Source of the DNA: Azolla caroliniana
Taxonomy: Eukaryota > Plantae > Polypodiophyta
Reading direction: 5' to 3'
Assembly: GCA_043228905.1 (NCBI GenBank)
Contig: JBHGNT010000013.1
Coordinates: 16,306,001 to 16,370,000, forward strand
Length of the DNA: 64,000 nucleotides
The notes under the pieces were generated by a model, which searched no databases, was not told the origin of the DNA, and saw only the letters and a program-made list of their open reading frames with translations. A program made the translations under genes and the position numbers. Below are positions 39,801 through 53,036 of this stretch, in pieces. Position 1 is the stretch's first letter; the number at the start of each line of letters is the position of its first letter.

Positions 39801-40940
39801 TGAATGAGGTTGCCGAGTGCGATCAACAGGTACTCATAAGATCATTGAATCCAAATATTATATATAGAGTTATTCAAATCACAATTAAAACTATAAATTA
39901 GAGTCACAAATATGGTTTGTGGAATTAATTATAATATTCTCTCATATTAACATGGTATAATGAACATGAAATAATAATGATCAAACACATGGGTCATCTA
40001 ATGGAATATAGGGTGTGATTGAGCTACACAATTATCTAACAAGTGTGTATGAGGAAGGCGATGCTCGATCAGCACTCATTACAATGTTGCAGACACTCAA
40101 TCAAGCCAAGAATGGAGTAGATATTCTATCAGGCACTAGGGTGAGTGCGTTAATGCCTAATCACAATGATGGCAAAGTAACACGTGCTAATATTATTACA
40201 TCCACATGACTTTGTAAATGACTTACTAAAAACTTTAAAGCTAATAAGTATTAGCACCATGTGGTGATGATATGATTACCCACACTAAGAAACTCATCGA
40301 GCTTTGTGGACACATTTTTTATAAGAACAAAGCGAGAATAATTTATGATAATGGAATGAAAAACCAAAATAATGTTGTAGGTGAGAACCCACTTGGGGAG
40401 ACCAAATTGGAGAAAAGTATTTTCAAAGATGGCATCCAACTATAAAGGACATCGGATTGGTATGTATGAATATATATATATATATATACTCTTGAATTCA
40501 TTGAGCACATTCTGCTTTTCCACCTTTGTCATCATTATGGTAAAAAAAAACAAAAACAAGTGTGAACAAAAAGAAAAAAAAGAAGAAAACCCAAGTAATC
40601 ATTTCCGCCATATCACGAGCTACCCTTCACACATAAAGACTATCCATGTCAATGACATCTAGCATTTCATTGGCATCCCTTGGTTTAAAGTTTTAATGGA
40701 GCGCAATATCACTCGTTTTTGCTAGTTGTCCGATGTGTGGGATGTAGGGGTTGAATGTTTAAGCTTTCCGGTCTTTGGGGTTTAGGCCTTGACTAATTCA
40801 CAATGTTATTTTTAATAGGTGTATTCTACTGTGGAGCACCCATGCTTGCGAATGACTTACGATCCCTTGCTCGTGAGTACAATGAGAAATATTCTACCAC
40901 CTATGGGACCCACTTTGAATTTCACAAGGAGAACTTTTGA
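33853..40940 (+). CDS. RBOH: Respiratory burst oxidase homologue (plasma-membrane NADPH oxidase), 14 exons
   Basis: Exons 33853-34990, 35153-35318, 35477-35526, 35626-35739, 35942-36385, 36998-37381, 37691-37786, 37945-38060, 38179-38281, 38408-38644, 39656-39829, 40012-40140, 40381-40459, 40819-40940 (TGA). Motifs [25 protein letters not shown]-hands [12 protein letters not shown] and [88 protein letters not shown]. Confidence 0.96.
36487..36743 (-). repeat. 129-bp tandem duplication in RBOH intron 5, each copy with a tRNA-derived SINE-like head
   Basis: Units start at 36487 and 36616 and are nearly identical. The minus strand reads GATGTAGCTTAGTTGGTAAGG...GAGGTCATGGGTTTAACCCCTACA (A-box plus degenerate B-box). 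Confidence 0.75.
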
Positions 40941-41429
40941 ATTTACCCATTACCGCTAGTCATCCAATACCCACTAATTAAAAATGTAAAATACAAAATT
41001 TGATATAAGTTTCTTCTATACACAAAGGAATTACATTGTTGTAATTCCACTATTCATTATTCACCACATTCGAGCCTAATAATCAAGTTGTTTTTGTGAG
41101 ACTCCATAAGATATTGAAAGAGGAATGTACTATTCGGAAAATAAATCCTCTTATGCTCATGAGAAAAATACTTCAACGAATCAAATGATTCTATTCTCAT
41201 TTACTCATAAATTCATACAAGGTGTCATATGTTTTCTTTTTGCATGCAATACTATCTCAAATATTTTAATTTGTTTTCCTAAAATACTTTGACACAAGTT
41301 TTGCAACCTTGATGAATTCCATTGGTTGCATCATCCTTTCTAAAACCAAACTAAAGCGACAAAAGTTGCCTTAAGCAAGAAACCTTATCTTATTCTTTCA
41401 AAGAGGGCCTCAACTACAAACAAGTGCTA

Positions 41430-41742
41430 AAAGTACACATACTGATTTTGGATTGCTAATATAAAAAACTTTCCGGAAGCTTTGGAGCTACATTTCTATC
41501 TTTCGATTGACAGATTGCACGATAATCTGGAAGTTTTCTCCCTGTTTAGTTAGTTGTTTTCCTCTACTTTGGATGTATATAGGTTCGTTTCCTCAACTCA
41601 ATTAAATGAAGGATCCATGGCTAGCCATGTCATACACAAGACGGGCTCGGGAAGGATAGTCGTTTCCTTTCCATCTATTTTGTATGTTCTAGTTGATATG
41701 CTTTTGTAAATAATGGAAGGATATTTTGTTTTGAAAAAAAAA
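41430..41742 (+). mobile_element. Short retroposed poly(A)-tailed fragment, probably an L1 3' end
   Basis: Poly(A) at ~41734-41744. Flanking 18-bp direct repeat AACTACAAACAAGTGCTA (41412-41429) / AACTACTAATAAGTGCTA (41743-41760), 16/18 identical. Confidence 0.7.
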
Positions 41743-42239
41743 AACTACTAATAAGTGCTAGATGAAAGGGCTTAATCTTTGGCATTTTGTGTCATTGAAA
41801 ACTTTCAAATATTTTCCACACCAAGGAAGGCGACAATGTAATTTTGCGATTCATCATATATCACATGATTAATGTCGCATTTGCTTTTTTGACATTGGTT
41901 TAGTGGTCGATTGAGACCTTTTCTACAATCATTTGACCATATAAATACTTATATCTTACAACACCACTATTGATGAAAAACAATTACTTGAGTCTTGGAT
42001 ATTTCAGTAATTCCTTACATGCACAATAACCTTATGGCTCCAAATTACAGTAGCATTGATTTTATGTTTACTCATTTATTTGGAGACAGACAATTGGCAA
42101 TTGGAGCTGCAACATGGGTTTGCTTTTGTCAATCACCAAGTCCTCATGTCTAAATTGGTTTGTTTTAGATAATGCATCTATGTTCAAACTTCACACAAGT
42201 ACAATTTGTTAACACAAACTTCATAGTAAATACCCATAA

Positions 42240-45200
42240 CATGCACCATGGATACTAAATGGACTGATGATATACGGAAAATATGGTCTAATATCAAATG
42301 GAGGTACCTTGACCCTGCTCATAGGCTGGCTGGTAAACTTGAGGCATGTGCAGGTTATTTTCAACATAAAGCGATTGAAATTAGAAAAGAGATAAGGGAG
42401 AAAATGCAGAGATTGCAATGGTCACTCGCTTCTATGTAACGACTAAGAGAATTATACCCACATAATGTATGGATTGAGGCTCGACTAGAGGAGGCCAAAA
42501 GCAAACTAGAGATGTACCAAAAACTTAGGAGTACTTATGCCTATTGAAGTAAGGCAGCAAGCTGGATGAGGGTAGGAGATCGGGTTACTAAAGGATTTTT
42601 TGAAGCTGTTAAATGCAAAGGATCCGGGATTCAACCTTCATGCTTGAAAAAGATAGATGGCACAATGACCACACATGCAAAGAGGAAATGCTTGAAATAG
42701 CCACAAGCTATTATACTCAACTACTAAGTGTATGCAATGAGGAACTGATTGATCAGGTTGCCTTCAGAAATATAATAAATAGGATACCAAGGAAAGTTAC
42801 AACTCAGATGATGGACCAACTAAATACTCCTATAGCTATGCATGAATTGTGGGATGTTATTGGGGATATGAACAAACAAAGTTGTGCAGGAATTGATGGA
42901 CTTCCTATATACTTTTACATCCAATATTGGGATCTAATTAAGGATGACATGCTGGCAAGGATGCAATACATTATGGTAGAAGGATTAATGCCCACAACAG
43001 TGTGTAGAGGCATGATTTATTTAATACCCAAGGTTGGTAAAGACCTAACAACCCTTGATAATTGGTGACCATTGACGATTCTCACCAATGCATATAAGAT
43101 AATGGCCAAAGTCATAAGTAAGAGATTGAAAATGGTTCTTGGGGACATTATTCATACAACGCAAACTGGCTTCTTGGAAAACCGGAGCATTGTTGACAAT
43201 GTGATAACATTCTGGGAAATTTACTTAGCATGGGCGGAGGAGCAAGAAGTGGACCTAGCAGTAATGCTACTCGACTTCGAAAAAGCTTATGACAGGATTT
43301 CATGGGATTTCCTAGAAGTAGTGATGGCAGCCCTAGGCTTTGAACAACAATGGATCCTTGGAATGAGTGCCTTTTATAGAGGTGCATCCAGCCAGGTGTT
43401 AATGGCTGGAAGTATGGGGAAGAGCTTTAAGATGCTATGTTCAGTATGCCAAGGATGCCCATTGGCCCCTTACTTATACATCATTGCAACAGAAGCTTTG
43501 TATTATCAAATTGCTGATAGATCTTGGCAAATACAAGGCCTTACCTTGCCCAATGATGAAGGTATGGTGCTTGATACGACATATGCTGATGACACAATGA
43601 CCTATGTCAAAGGTGATGCACACAACTTGGGCAGATTGCAAAATGCAATTGATGAGTTTTGTAGGGGATCGGATGCTAAAATAAATTGGTATAAATCTGT
43701 GGGCATTTGGATCAGTAATAAGCCCATGTTAAATTGGGTCCCCGATCCCAATTTTAGATGGTTGAGGAAAGGAGAAGCTACTAGATACTTGGGCTTCAAA
43801 ATTGGTATGGACATCGATCGAGCAGAACATTACAATCTACTAGTGGACAAAATAAAAGCGAAATTAATATGGTGGAATGCAAGAAAACTATCCTTTGCAG
43901 GCAAGATTGTGATTGCAAATAACATTCTAATGGCCACTATTTGGCATACTGCTGCATGCTGGATAATTGTGCCCAAGTCGATGAAATTGATAAAAAGGAT
44001 TATCAGAAATTTCTTATGGGGGGGGGGGGGGTGGCGGGGCACGGAGGAAAAACAGACATGTGCAAAGGTTGTTTGGACCACGCTTATAAAAAGGAAAAGT
44101 GAAGGGTGGGTGGGATTGATAGATCTCGTGGTGCAAACGAAGGCCTTGCTAAGCAAACTAGTGGTCATGAGCCTACAACCTCCTGAGGCACCTTGGAAAG
44201 TTCTATGGCGACATAGATGGAAGATGTGGTTGCCGAGACTAGGTGGACGCTGGCAAGCAACCCATTTTGGGGCTTTATGCCAGAAATGAGACCCAAATAT
44301 TGGGGAAGTATGCAAAGTCGTTGTGCTATTGGAATTATGAAAGCATGGCAAGAAATCAGAAAGGGGATCACATGTAGGTGGAGAAATGATGCATATGCGT
44401 GGATGTACATGCCAATTGTATGGAACCCATTGATTAGAGATATGGATGGGCTGATGATAGGCCAAAAAGCAGGTTTCAAATGGGCTGAGTTAATCAATGC
44501 CCAAGGGAATGCATTAGTGGAGTGGGAGAGGTTTTTGTCCAATGAGGTGGGCACTCAAAAGGCTAGACTATGGAGAATATGCAGGGGTAAAGGCATGCTT
44601 AAGAGAATTACAGATGCCATTGCATGCTACAGGAATACCGTGGACGAGGAAGAAGTACCAACCTCTGAAATTGCGTGGACAGAACTTATAGATGCCGAGA
44701 ACTGTTTAATTGGCATTAAGGGAATGAAAGTAGAATCAAATGAGGTATTCTACTACAAACTAGAGCATGAAATGGTAAGAGTTGAGCAACCGGCCTTTCA
44801 AATAGAAAGGCTGATTAGGCTAATTGCAAAAAATGGCAAGAATATGATTATTGACCCTAAACCAACGGAGATCACACCGGCGACAGTGTGCTGGCCTATA
44901 CAAGGGCATTTGAATTAGTATCATGGGACCCAATGATGTATTGTTGGAGAACTCAAGGATGAACTGATGGGGAAAAGCTGGTTCAATTTTTCAGGTATAA
45001 CACGAAGATTGGGAGGCAAATTATTCTAGAACAAGAACACGACAAGATTGCAGCAAGGAAATTTTGGATACAGGAGGGCATTAGTGAAATGAGACTATAT
45101 AAATTCTGGAAAATGATATGGCATGACAGATATGACCGCAAGATAATGACGTGTTTATGGCTTATTGCACATAGAACCTTGCCGGTAGGGAAGTGGGGTA

Positions 45201-45453
45201 AAGGCCCCAATGTAGACCCTAGATGCATTGCTTGTGGACAGATAGAAAGCATTTCCCATTGTCTATGGGAATGTCGTGAGGTAGTGGCTGTATGGGGAAG
45301 GGCACTACGTTTGCTTTGCCATGCCTCTAGTTCATTCACCCTCAACTGGGGACATGCTTGTTGGATTTGTCTTGAGGATGATGTGGAGAAATACGATGGC
45401 ACATGCGATACTAAGTACAGAGGGGAGAATGGCATTGTGCGGCTGATCCCTAA
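42240..45453 (+). mobile_element. L1-clade LINE ORF2 remnant, 5'-truncated, with stops and frameshifts; interrupted at its 3' side by LTR element A
   Basis: GIDGLP..FY..YW, LIPK, TQTGF, LLDFEKAYDRISW, QGCPLAPYLY, YADD, RYLG, LSFAGK, RNFLWG, and zf-RVT-like LWLIAHRTLP...CIACGQIESISHCLWEC. Confidence 0.92.
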
Positions 45454-45922
45454 TGTTACCGATTGGGAACACGGTCTACAGTCAGACCTTCGACCTAGAC
45501 CTCAAAGTGACTGCGTTGCAACGAATGGTACCGTCGTACCGTAATATTTAATGGGATACCTCCCGTATCCTAGAAGCATATAAGGGAGACGACTACAACC
45601 GAACTCCTTAGACCGGGCATTAGTAACCGCACCGTCACTCACATCTACGCTCTTACGATTACGCTACGCTACCAAGAATCACAGACACACAGTAGATTAA
45701 CTACAGATACACACAGGGATCAAAGAAGATAGAACTCTATTAAGATACGCTTTCTGCATTCAAAATTACACGCTACCTCTATCAAAGGATTTCTGCCCTT
45801 TATATACACAAGGTCTTTTAGCTGTTCATGCTTCCTGCGTGAATCGTTTACATGCGTTACGTTTTTACTATATTCTATATTTCCGCGCTCCTGTCCGTTG
45901 GTTACTATTCTGACGGACAACA
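45454..45922 (-). repeat. Putative 3' LTR of element A
   Basis: Starts with TGTTAC exactly where L1 similarity ends and closes with ...CAACA. A purine-rich AGGTGGGCCAGG lies adjacent on the minus strand. The partner LTR is not in the window. Confidence 0.6.
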
Positions 45923-45969
45923 CCTGGCCCACCTGTGGGACAATGCCATGGCACGTCGGACCCACCCCT

Positions 45970-48632
45970 TTAATCTTCCTCCAAAATGGCCCTGATGTTT
46001 GGTTCTGCTCCGGTGTCTGGGTCCGGGGACGACGTAGTGTTCGTAGGCGCGTCGTTGTGTGGTTCCACTACTTGCTCGGTAGGGCTTCCCATGGTGTCGC
46101 TGGCTTCTTGTGTGGGCGGTTCGGGCTCTACTGGCTCATCTTGTGCTATTGTGGTTGGTTCAGCCGTCAGCGGGCTCATGGTAGGTCGAGGTTCTGTCTC
46201 GTTCGTAACTTCCTCCGTGGTGTCGGCCGTAGTTGTACGCTCCGGTGAATGGGGCTGGGGTTCCTCTTGGTCGGCGGTTTCGCTTTCTAGTATCGCAGGG
46301 GGCTTCGCTTGCCGTTTCGTGTTGTCCACCGTAGCGGTTATTTCTGGTGACATGGGCTGAGGTTCCTCTTGTTCGGCAGTATCCGGAATTGGTATCGCGA
46401 TGGATTCCTCGTTTGTTCGCGTGCTGCCGACTTGCATGATCTGGTGAAACAGGTCCTCCTGACTTTCGCCAAAATCGTCTAGTAGCTGCGCGAGTTACTT
46501 AGAGTGTTGGTCCGCTAGTGTGCGATAGTCTTGCGCTAGGTCCTCGCGTATTGCCGCAATGCTTTCCTCATTGAGTTTGTAGAACCCTCGGCCGTCTTTC
46601 CTTCGGTTCTCCCAGTCTGTCCGGTATGTATGCAATTCCGCCGCTTGTGCGGCCCATGCCATCCAGCCTTTGTCTAGCGCCGCTTTTAATTTCGTTGTAA
46701 ACCTCTCCCGATTTATTTGAAGAAGTATGCGCACGTTGTCGGTTATTGCTTGGCAACGGTTGCATGCTTCTTCTACGGTTTTCTTGAGGTTTTCGATTTC
46801 TTGTTTACTTACCGCTGCCGCTTCCTCATAAGTGCTCCTCATTCTTGCCCATAGTTGAGATTCCTTCAAATGTAATTCTTCCAGCTTTCCCATTTCATTG
46901 TTCAGAAAGATTTCAAACTGATGCCTCCTCTCTTGTTCCCCTACCAGCTGCTCGTCGAACCATGCTTTCTTCTTGTCTAATAACGCCCGGAGTCCCATAA
47001 TCGCCGCTTCCGATTTTTTCGCTTCCTCCCGTAGTTTGGCGTTTTCTTCTTTCGTGCGGGTGTGATGTGCTGCCTCCGCTACTGGAATTATGAAAGCATG
47101 GCAAGAAATAAAAAAGGGGATCACATGTAGGTGAGCTGAGGACTGGCGAAGTTCGGAGCGGAGACGGTCAATCTCCGATTCCGCCAGTTGCATGGCCCGT
47201 TTTGCTTTCGAGGCAATGGCGGTCTGGGGGTCAATTTCTTCTCTCAGGGCCTCGGTGGCGTTGGCTGTTGGTTGAGCTGCCTGTGGCACCATAGTCGCGT
47301 TATGTTCCAACTCCGCGGTGCATGTGTTGGCCTTTTGTAGCTCGGCTTGGGTCAGTTTAACAATCTTCCAGACATTTTTATTTTTAATTGCCATATCCTT
47401 GGCGTCCATACTGACCTTCACCAATTCCCTATGAACTTCAACAAGGGCCACATTTAATGGGGGTAGTTCCATCCCCATTCAGCGTATACCGACATTCTGC
47501 TATCTGCCGACTCTGGCTAACTGCTCCTCATCATCGCTTTCCGCCGTTTGTGTTAGCGCACGCTCAATCATTTGGCGCTCTGCGTGCTCCTCAGCCATTC
47601 GTTGTGAGACTTTTATTTGTTGTGTTGCCAAAAATTCCATGAGTTCAAAAGTGGTTCCGAACTGTAATAGTGCATCAGACTCATGGGCTGTGTCCGGAAT
47701 GTTCGGATACACCAGGACCTCACTTTCCGCCGCAAATATGCCTTTCCCTCGCTGTGACTGGGCCATAATGATCAGCCGTGGTTCCTGGATTATTTCGAAG
47801 GTGGTGTTGGGCTCCGTAGCTACGGAGCTGTCGACCACGGTCGTCATCTCTGTGGCTGCGAGTGTGTCTTTAACTAACCTGCGCCCATCTTTCGTGTCCA
47901 GCCTCCACCGTTTCGGCCTCGGGCTTCCTTGACTTGGCTCGGCTTCTGGCTCCTGCGTAGCTTCCTCGCTGCGCTCCGCCCGTTCTTTCTGTGTTGTTCG
48001 CGTGTTTGTTTGGATTGATTGGGGTTCATCTTCCCACTCTGTGGTGGCCAACTCCGCTAACCTTTGCTTCGCGGATCGTGGCGGTGGCGTGGGTCTGCTG
48101 GGCTGCGGTGCCAACAATCCTCAGGGTGGGAATAGTATCATCAGATACTGTTGTATGATAGGCCTTAGCTTTTTGCCTCCTTGATACACGTGCAGGCCTT
48201 CCCGTAATGCTGGTCCCGTAATGACCCCCCAATCGACCGTGCGCACTTCAAAGGTATCAATGATGATACTTGCCTTCTGCTTGGGCATCCCATATGCATT
48301 TACATGTACGCATCCGATCTCCAACAAGAACTTGGCTATTTCGCGAAAAAAGGGGTTGGGATTTCCTTCGTTCTGTATGCCTTGGCGGACGCCGAGTATG
48401 GCCCGAAATATCTCTGCAAAGTTTCCGCAGGAGGAATTTTGAAATGCCTTTCTCCTATTGATGACAGGTCAAGCTTTTTCCAGATGGATGTGTTGGTGAC
48501 CGTGTCGATATTGAGCTTCCTAGCGATGTCCAGTGTGTCAGGGTGGGGAGATGCCTCGGCGACTTTGATGTATCCATCAAAGCGTTTCTCCATGAGCCAT
48601 TGACGCAAGGCGGCAGAAATAGGTATTGGCAT
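45970..48632 (-). pseudogene. Extra sense ORF of element A between pol and the 3' LTR (globular N-terminus, coiled coil, PEST-rich tail), broken by stops
   Basis: Collinear ORF pieces 48336-48632, 48121-48327, 47500-48117, 46495-47478 and 45970-46437. Extra ORFs at this position are known in Athila/Tat elements. Confidence 0.7.
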
Positions 48633-51600
48633 AGTTGGATGGTTAGGCTCGTGGCTGATGGGTGAGGACGGCTGGCTATGGCGAACTTGAGCTTTGTGAT
48701 AGGCTGGAGAAGAGGGTGAGGGAGGGGAGCCATGAGAGCGATGAGAGTTAGAAGGTTGGTTTCTGTACTGTGCAAAAAACCTTCTATTTCCTTCTTTTTG
48801 TGACCCAGGGTTCCTTGGTCGGTGAGCCATCGTGGTGCCGTGTGTTCTTGGTCTAGAAGTCTGTGCATGCCTTAAGTCCTTTTAATAGCGTCACTATCGT
48901 CTCTTTTTCTTTTTTTTCGTAACAGTTACATACACTATTCTTTTTACACTATAGTACAAATGGAGCCCCATACTTACTCCGTGGATTTCCCAGCTTTGTC
49001 CTGTCCGGCGAGGAACGGGTTAGGTGGCGTAGGTCCTAGATAAGGTTTAAGGCGAAACCCATTCACTTTTTGCTGTAACACTTCTCCGGCCAACGTGCCA
49101 AGTTGAAACGTACCCTGTTCCGCTCCCACTATCTAGTACGGGCCTTTGCAGGGGAATCTTAATTTTCCTGGCATATGCCCCATGCGTGTTTGGAAAACTA
49201 ATACCGCTTTCCCAACCGTAAAATCTTTTTCCCGTGCATGCCGGTGTCGGTCCACGAATGCTTTACGCCGCCTCTATTCTTGCTCCAATATGGCCATACT
49301 GCGTAACCGTGTTTCGCCTAGCTCCAACAGTTGTTGTAGCCGTATTTGCTCAGATTTGCCCTCTGGTAGCCGGGCTCGTACTTGAATTCACAGACTGGGT
49401 ACTTGGAATTCGACTGGCATCACGACCTCTAGCCCAAATGCTAGCATGAAAGGCATTGATTGTATGTTGTTCTTATAGCTGGTACGATATGCCCATAACG
49501 CGCTGTGCAATTTGGTATCCCAATCCGTTCTGTTCTCATTGACTATCTTTTTGAGGATAGTTTGTAGGGTTTTGTTTGTGGATTCTGCCAAGCCATTTGC
49601 CTGTGGGTAATACGACATACTTTTTTTGTGAACCATAGCGTAATGTTGGGTCAGTTCACTGATGACCATATTCAGAAAGTGACTCCCTTGGTCACTACTG
49701 AGCTCGATAGGGCAACCGAAGCGACACCAGATGTGTTCGTAAAGGAATTTCGTCGTGATTGCCGTGGTATTCTTACGTAGTGGTTTCGCTTCTACCCACT
49801 TGGTACAGTAATCCGTGGCCACCAGGATATACTTATTGCCTGTTCGAGCGGCCGCTGGGGTAAAGGGTCCCACAAAATCTAGCCCCCACTTTTGGAAAGG
49901 ATCTAGTGGCAACACTGGTTGGTGTGGCATTCTCGCAACTTCCGTGGGTTGGCCCAGTCGTTGACATAAATCGCACTATCTACAATATTCATACACATCC
50001 TTTTGCGTAGTCGGCCACCAAAATCCCGCTTGCTAGATTTTTTGGGCCGTAACATCGCCCGCGTAATGTCCTCTCGCCGTACCATAGTGGGCTTCCCGTA
50101 AAACCGTGGCCTTCTCATCTTGCCGTATTCCGCGCCTCTAGATGCTGTCACTGCCTTTGTGGTATAGGATGTCTTCTACTAAGCAGAAATTTCGACTCCG
50201 TACGACCAACCGTTTTTTCTCGTTCACCCGTAATTGGGGTGGCGGTAACCCCGTGGTCAGGAAGTAGGTCATTTCCATCAGCCACCGATCCGGAAAGGTC
50301 TTTTCCATTCGTTCTGCTAGAGTTTCTACATGCAGAATGTCCGCATTCGGAAAGTCGTTGTCATCCTTTTGCGCCGTTTCTCCATTATCTAGTCTGCTCA
50401 AGAAATCTGCCACCACGTGTTGCGTACCCGGTCGGTGCTGAATTACAATGTCGAATTCTTGGAGCAACAACATCCATCTAGCCAATTTCCTCGTTAGCGC
50501 TTGTTTCTCTACCAAATATAGCAATGTTGAATGATCCACGTGAAACGTGAATTTCCACCCTTGCAGATAATGCCGAAACTTATTGATGATGTATATCATA
50601 CCCAACGCTTCATGTTCAGTTGTGGAATAGTTACGCTCAACCGTTGATAGTTTCCGACTAGCGTAGTACACTGGTCGGTACCAATTCGGCTCTGTGAGCT
50701 GCATTAGCGCACTACCTATATCTATGTCCGAGGCATCCATGAACACGTGGAATGGTTTTGCCCAGACTGGTGGCTGTACGACGGGTGCCTGCGTTAGCAT
50801 TATCTTTAGCGCATCATACGCCTTCTCTTCCGTTGCTGTCCATTTGAAAGGAGTACGATGAACGACGACATGTAATGGTGTGGCGAAGTCCGCTAAATAG
50901 TGTACCATCCGACTGTGCCATCGTATTTGTCCCAGAAACCGGCTGAGTGCTTTCACATTTGTCGGTGTGGTCGCGTGAGCAATCGTGGAGATTTTGTTCG
51001 GATCGACCACTATCCCTTCCTTGTTGACTATGTGGCCGAGTAGAGCCCTGCTGGTAACGCCGAACGCGCATTTGGCGGGATTTAGGCTTAAGCACGCGGT
51101 TCGACAACGCTCCAGGCAAAGCTGTAGATGCGAAAAATGGTCGGCTGTTGTCCCATATACCGCAAAATCATCTAAAAAGACATGCATGAAGGCTGGTATA
51201 TATTCCCCAAAAATCTCCGTGACTGTCTGTTGAAATGTAGCCGGCGCCGTCTTTAGCCCGAACATCATGACGATTGCGACATAGACGCCCTAGTCCGTGA
51301 CAAACGCCGTCTTCTCTTGGTTGTCGGGGTGCATGCGTACTTGATTGTACCCACTGAAGCCATCTAAAAAGCTGTACATGTCATGCCCTGTGACGGCGTC
51401 CAAGACGCTATAAGTGAACGGTAAAGGGAATGCGTCAGTAATGGTTACGACGTTCAATTTCCGGTAGTTCACGTATTTTTCCATTTTTCTTTGGGACGAC
51501 TACTATCGGGCTTAACCATGTACCTTGTTTGATTGGTCGAATGAATCTGGCCTTAAGCAGTTTGTCAGTTTCTTCTTTTACGCGAGCCGCGTAGTTTGGG

Positions 51601-53036
51601 TTCATGCGGTATCGACGCTGTTGGATTGGTTTTGCATCGGTCGCTAAATTGATCTTATGTTGATAGAACTTCGGATCCAACCCCTTCATGTCCTCGTGGG
51701 ACCAGGCGAACACATATTTATACTTCTTGAGTAGTGCTATCATCGCGTCTCTCTGATCCGGCAGTAATTCTTTTGCGATGGAGAGGAATCGGGGTTCTGA
51801 CGCCGTACCCACGTTTACTTCTTCTAGGCTGAGGATGTGACTCGTCATGAAATTTCCATTTCCCTCTCGAACGCTGCCCTTGCTCTACTTAGTTCTAATA
51901 TTGACTCCGAGTCTGGTTCGTAAGCCTCGTTGTGGAGCGTAGCGGGCGTGGCGTATTCTGTTGCGGCTTCTATGATGTCGATTTCGAATAGTGGAATGAT
52001 CCGGGGGTGCTCGTCTAAGTATACTTCTAATTCCATATCATCCACCCCAGCCAACATATTTATATCTTCCGCGTATAACGGTGTGATGCCCTTGGGTTGT
52101 GCCGCCATTTCCTCTGTTGGTACACGAACCTTGGTGCGTTCGCGTCGAAAGTTGATGCACTTATGTTGCTAGCTCTGTTTGATATTCACTGAACGAAGCC
52201 ACGGTCTGCCCAGCAACATAGGATACGCTCCTGGGGTGTCGAGGGCGAGGACCACCGCTGAGACGTCGAAGCGATGTCCTCCAACGATAATGCCTAACTT
52301 GCGTATTAAGCCTAAACGCCGTACGGAGCGGGTATCCGCCATGCGAAGCCAAAATGGGCAAGCTTCTCATTCTGAAACTCCCAATTGTTCGCATGTCTTC
52401 GCGCTGTCGTGCCCTTCGGCTCCAGATCGTTGCGTGAGTCGGGTGGGAACCGCCGAGGTTTTTGACTAGGAGGAAGAGGAATACAACTTAAGGCTAGTTA
52501 TGAATAGTGGAAAGAGAAGTAAGATAGCAATCTCGTGACTCCCACGAGTTTAGTGTAATTAAAACCATATTTAGATTATAAGAGCAATTAGATGGCAAAA
52601 TTCGTGAATCCCACGAATATATTAGATTGATCAATCCTTGTATATTAATCAACAACCATATACATATTTCTCTCCTCCTTATATAAAGATGGAAGAGGCT
52701 AAGCATGGCTTCATGCTTTTTCACCTAAAGTGTCCATGCACACTAAATGTGCATGTGATGCTTTGTCATTTCCTAAATATAGGGCTCATGCACGCTAGAT
52801 GTGCATGAGTCACTTTTAATGTCACGTGTAAATAAAATATTCACACTCTAAAGAATACATGATTTTTACCTTTTAATAAAGGTATGTGTAAATAAAGGTC
52901 TTATACATATTAAATCTATATTTATAACACTAAAGATAAGTTATTACAATGGTAAAGTTGGGGTTTATCTATGTGGAGGTGCATGGTTCAAATCTTGCCC
53001 TATGCACGTGATAAATTCTTTTGATATTTTATTTAT

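Noticed and set aside
52494-52724. Identical 76-aa ORF here and at 58870-59100
   Set aside because: A consequence of LTR duplication, with no coding evidence.
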